Shown here one piece after another: positions 63,986-64,000 of a stretch of DNA of 64,000 nt. Source of the stretch: an uncultured Subdoligranulum sp. Its GTDB lineage: Bacteria > Bacillota > Clostridia > Oscillospirales > Ruminococcaceae. The stretch's first letter is position 1. Each line of letters begins with the position of its first letter. The stretch is taken from the NCBI RefSeq assembly GCF_904374465.1, contig NZ_CAJFFY010000002.1; one strand, written 5' to 3'. The notes beneath the pieces are model-generated. The model did not search any database, had not been told where the DNA came from, and was given only the letters and a program-made list of their open reading frames with translations. The translations under genes were made by a program, and so were the position numbers.

Positions 63986-64000
63986 GGTGTGGTTCCTTTC

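Overview
About 49.4 kb of this window (1 to ~49409) is one integrated temperate phage. It sits in a high-GC Firmicutes-type chromosome, possibly Oscillospiraceae-like, though I cannot assign taxonomy from sequence alone. The last ~14.6 kb is ordinary host DNA.

Prophage layout, left to right:
- Lysogeny module: a tyrosine integrase truncated by the window edge, a secreted Pro/Thr-rich protein, and an XRE repressor with back-to-back promoters.
- Early operon: two phage tRNAs, Thr-UGU and Gly-UCC, followed by a ~480-nt GC-rich, helix-dense noncoding region.
- A ~500-bp purine-rich repeat region.
- An enzyme cluster: HD hydrolase, a PP-loop/PAPS-reductase-like gene broken at a G9 tract, a radical SAM protein and an Ogg-type glycosylase.
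- An HUH Rep-like protein, a DUF1064-type nuclease and a sigma-r4-like regulator.
- A reverse-oriented 4.7-kb block of conjugative-element-type genes (ArdC-N-like, DUF3560-like) separated by families of structured intergenic repeats.
- An operator array next to an RHH gene.
- A 240-bp C/A-rich tandem repeat with CG-rich palindromes.
- Lambda-type packaging and head genes: Nu1-like, GpA, W, portal, protease C, D and E.
- A PBSX/Mu/P2-type contractile tail and baseplate.
- A complete diversity-generating retroelement (DGR): FGE/C-lectin target with variable repeat (VR), Avd, template repeat (TR) and RT.
- Amidase endolysin and holin.

Host region: two tRNA-Ser genes, a PadR operon, an M20 dipeptidase, rnfCDGEAB, a flavodiiron-type protein, tRNA-Val, a MacB-like ABC fusion and a membrane protein.

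The findings most worth follow-up:
- The DGR.
- The large structured RNA candidate beside the phage tRNAs.
- The repeat-punctuated ArdC-like block.
- The G-quadruplex-capable tandem repeat upstream of the terminase genes.

All calls rest on reading the sequence and remembered family motifs. No database searches were run.
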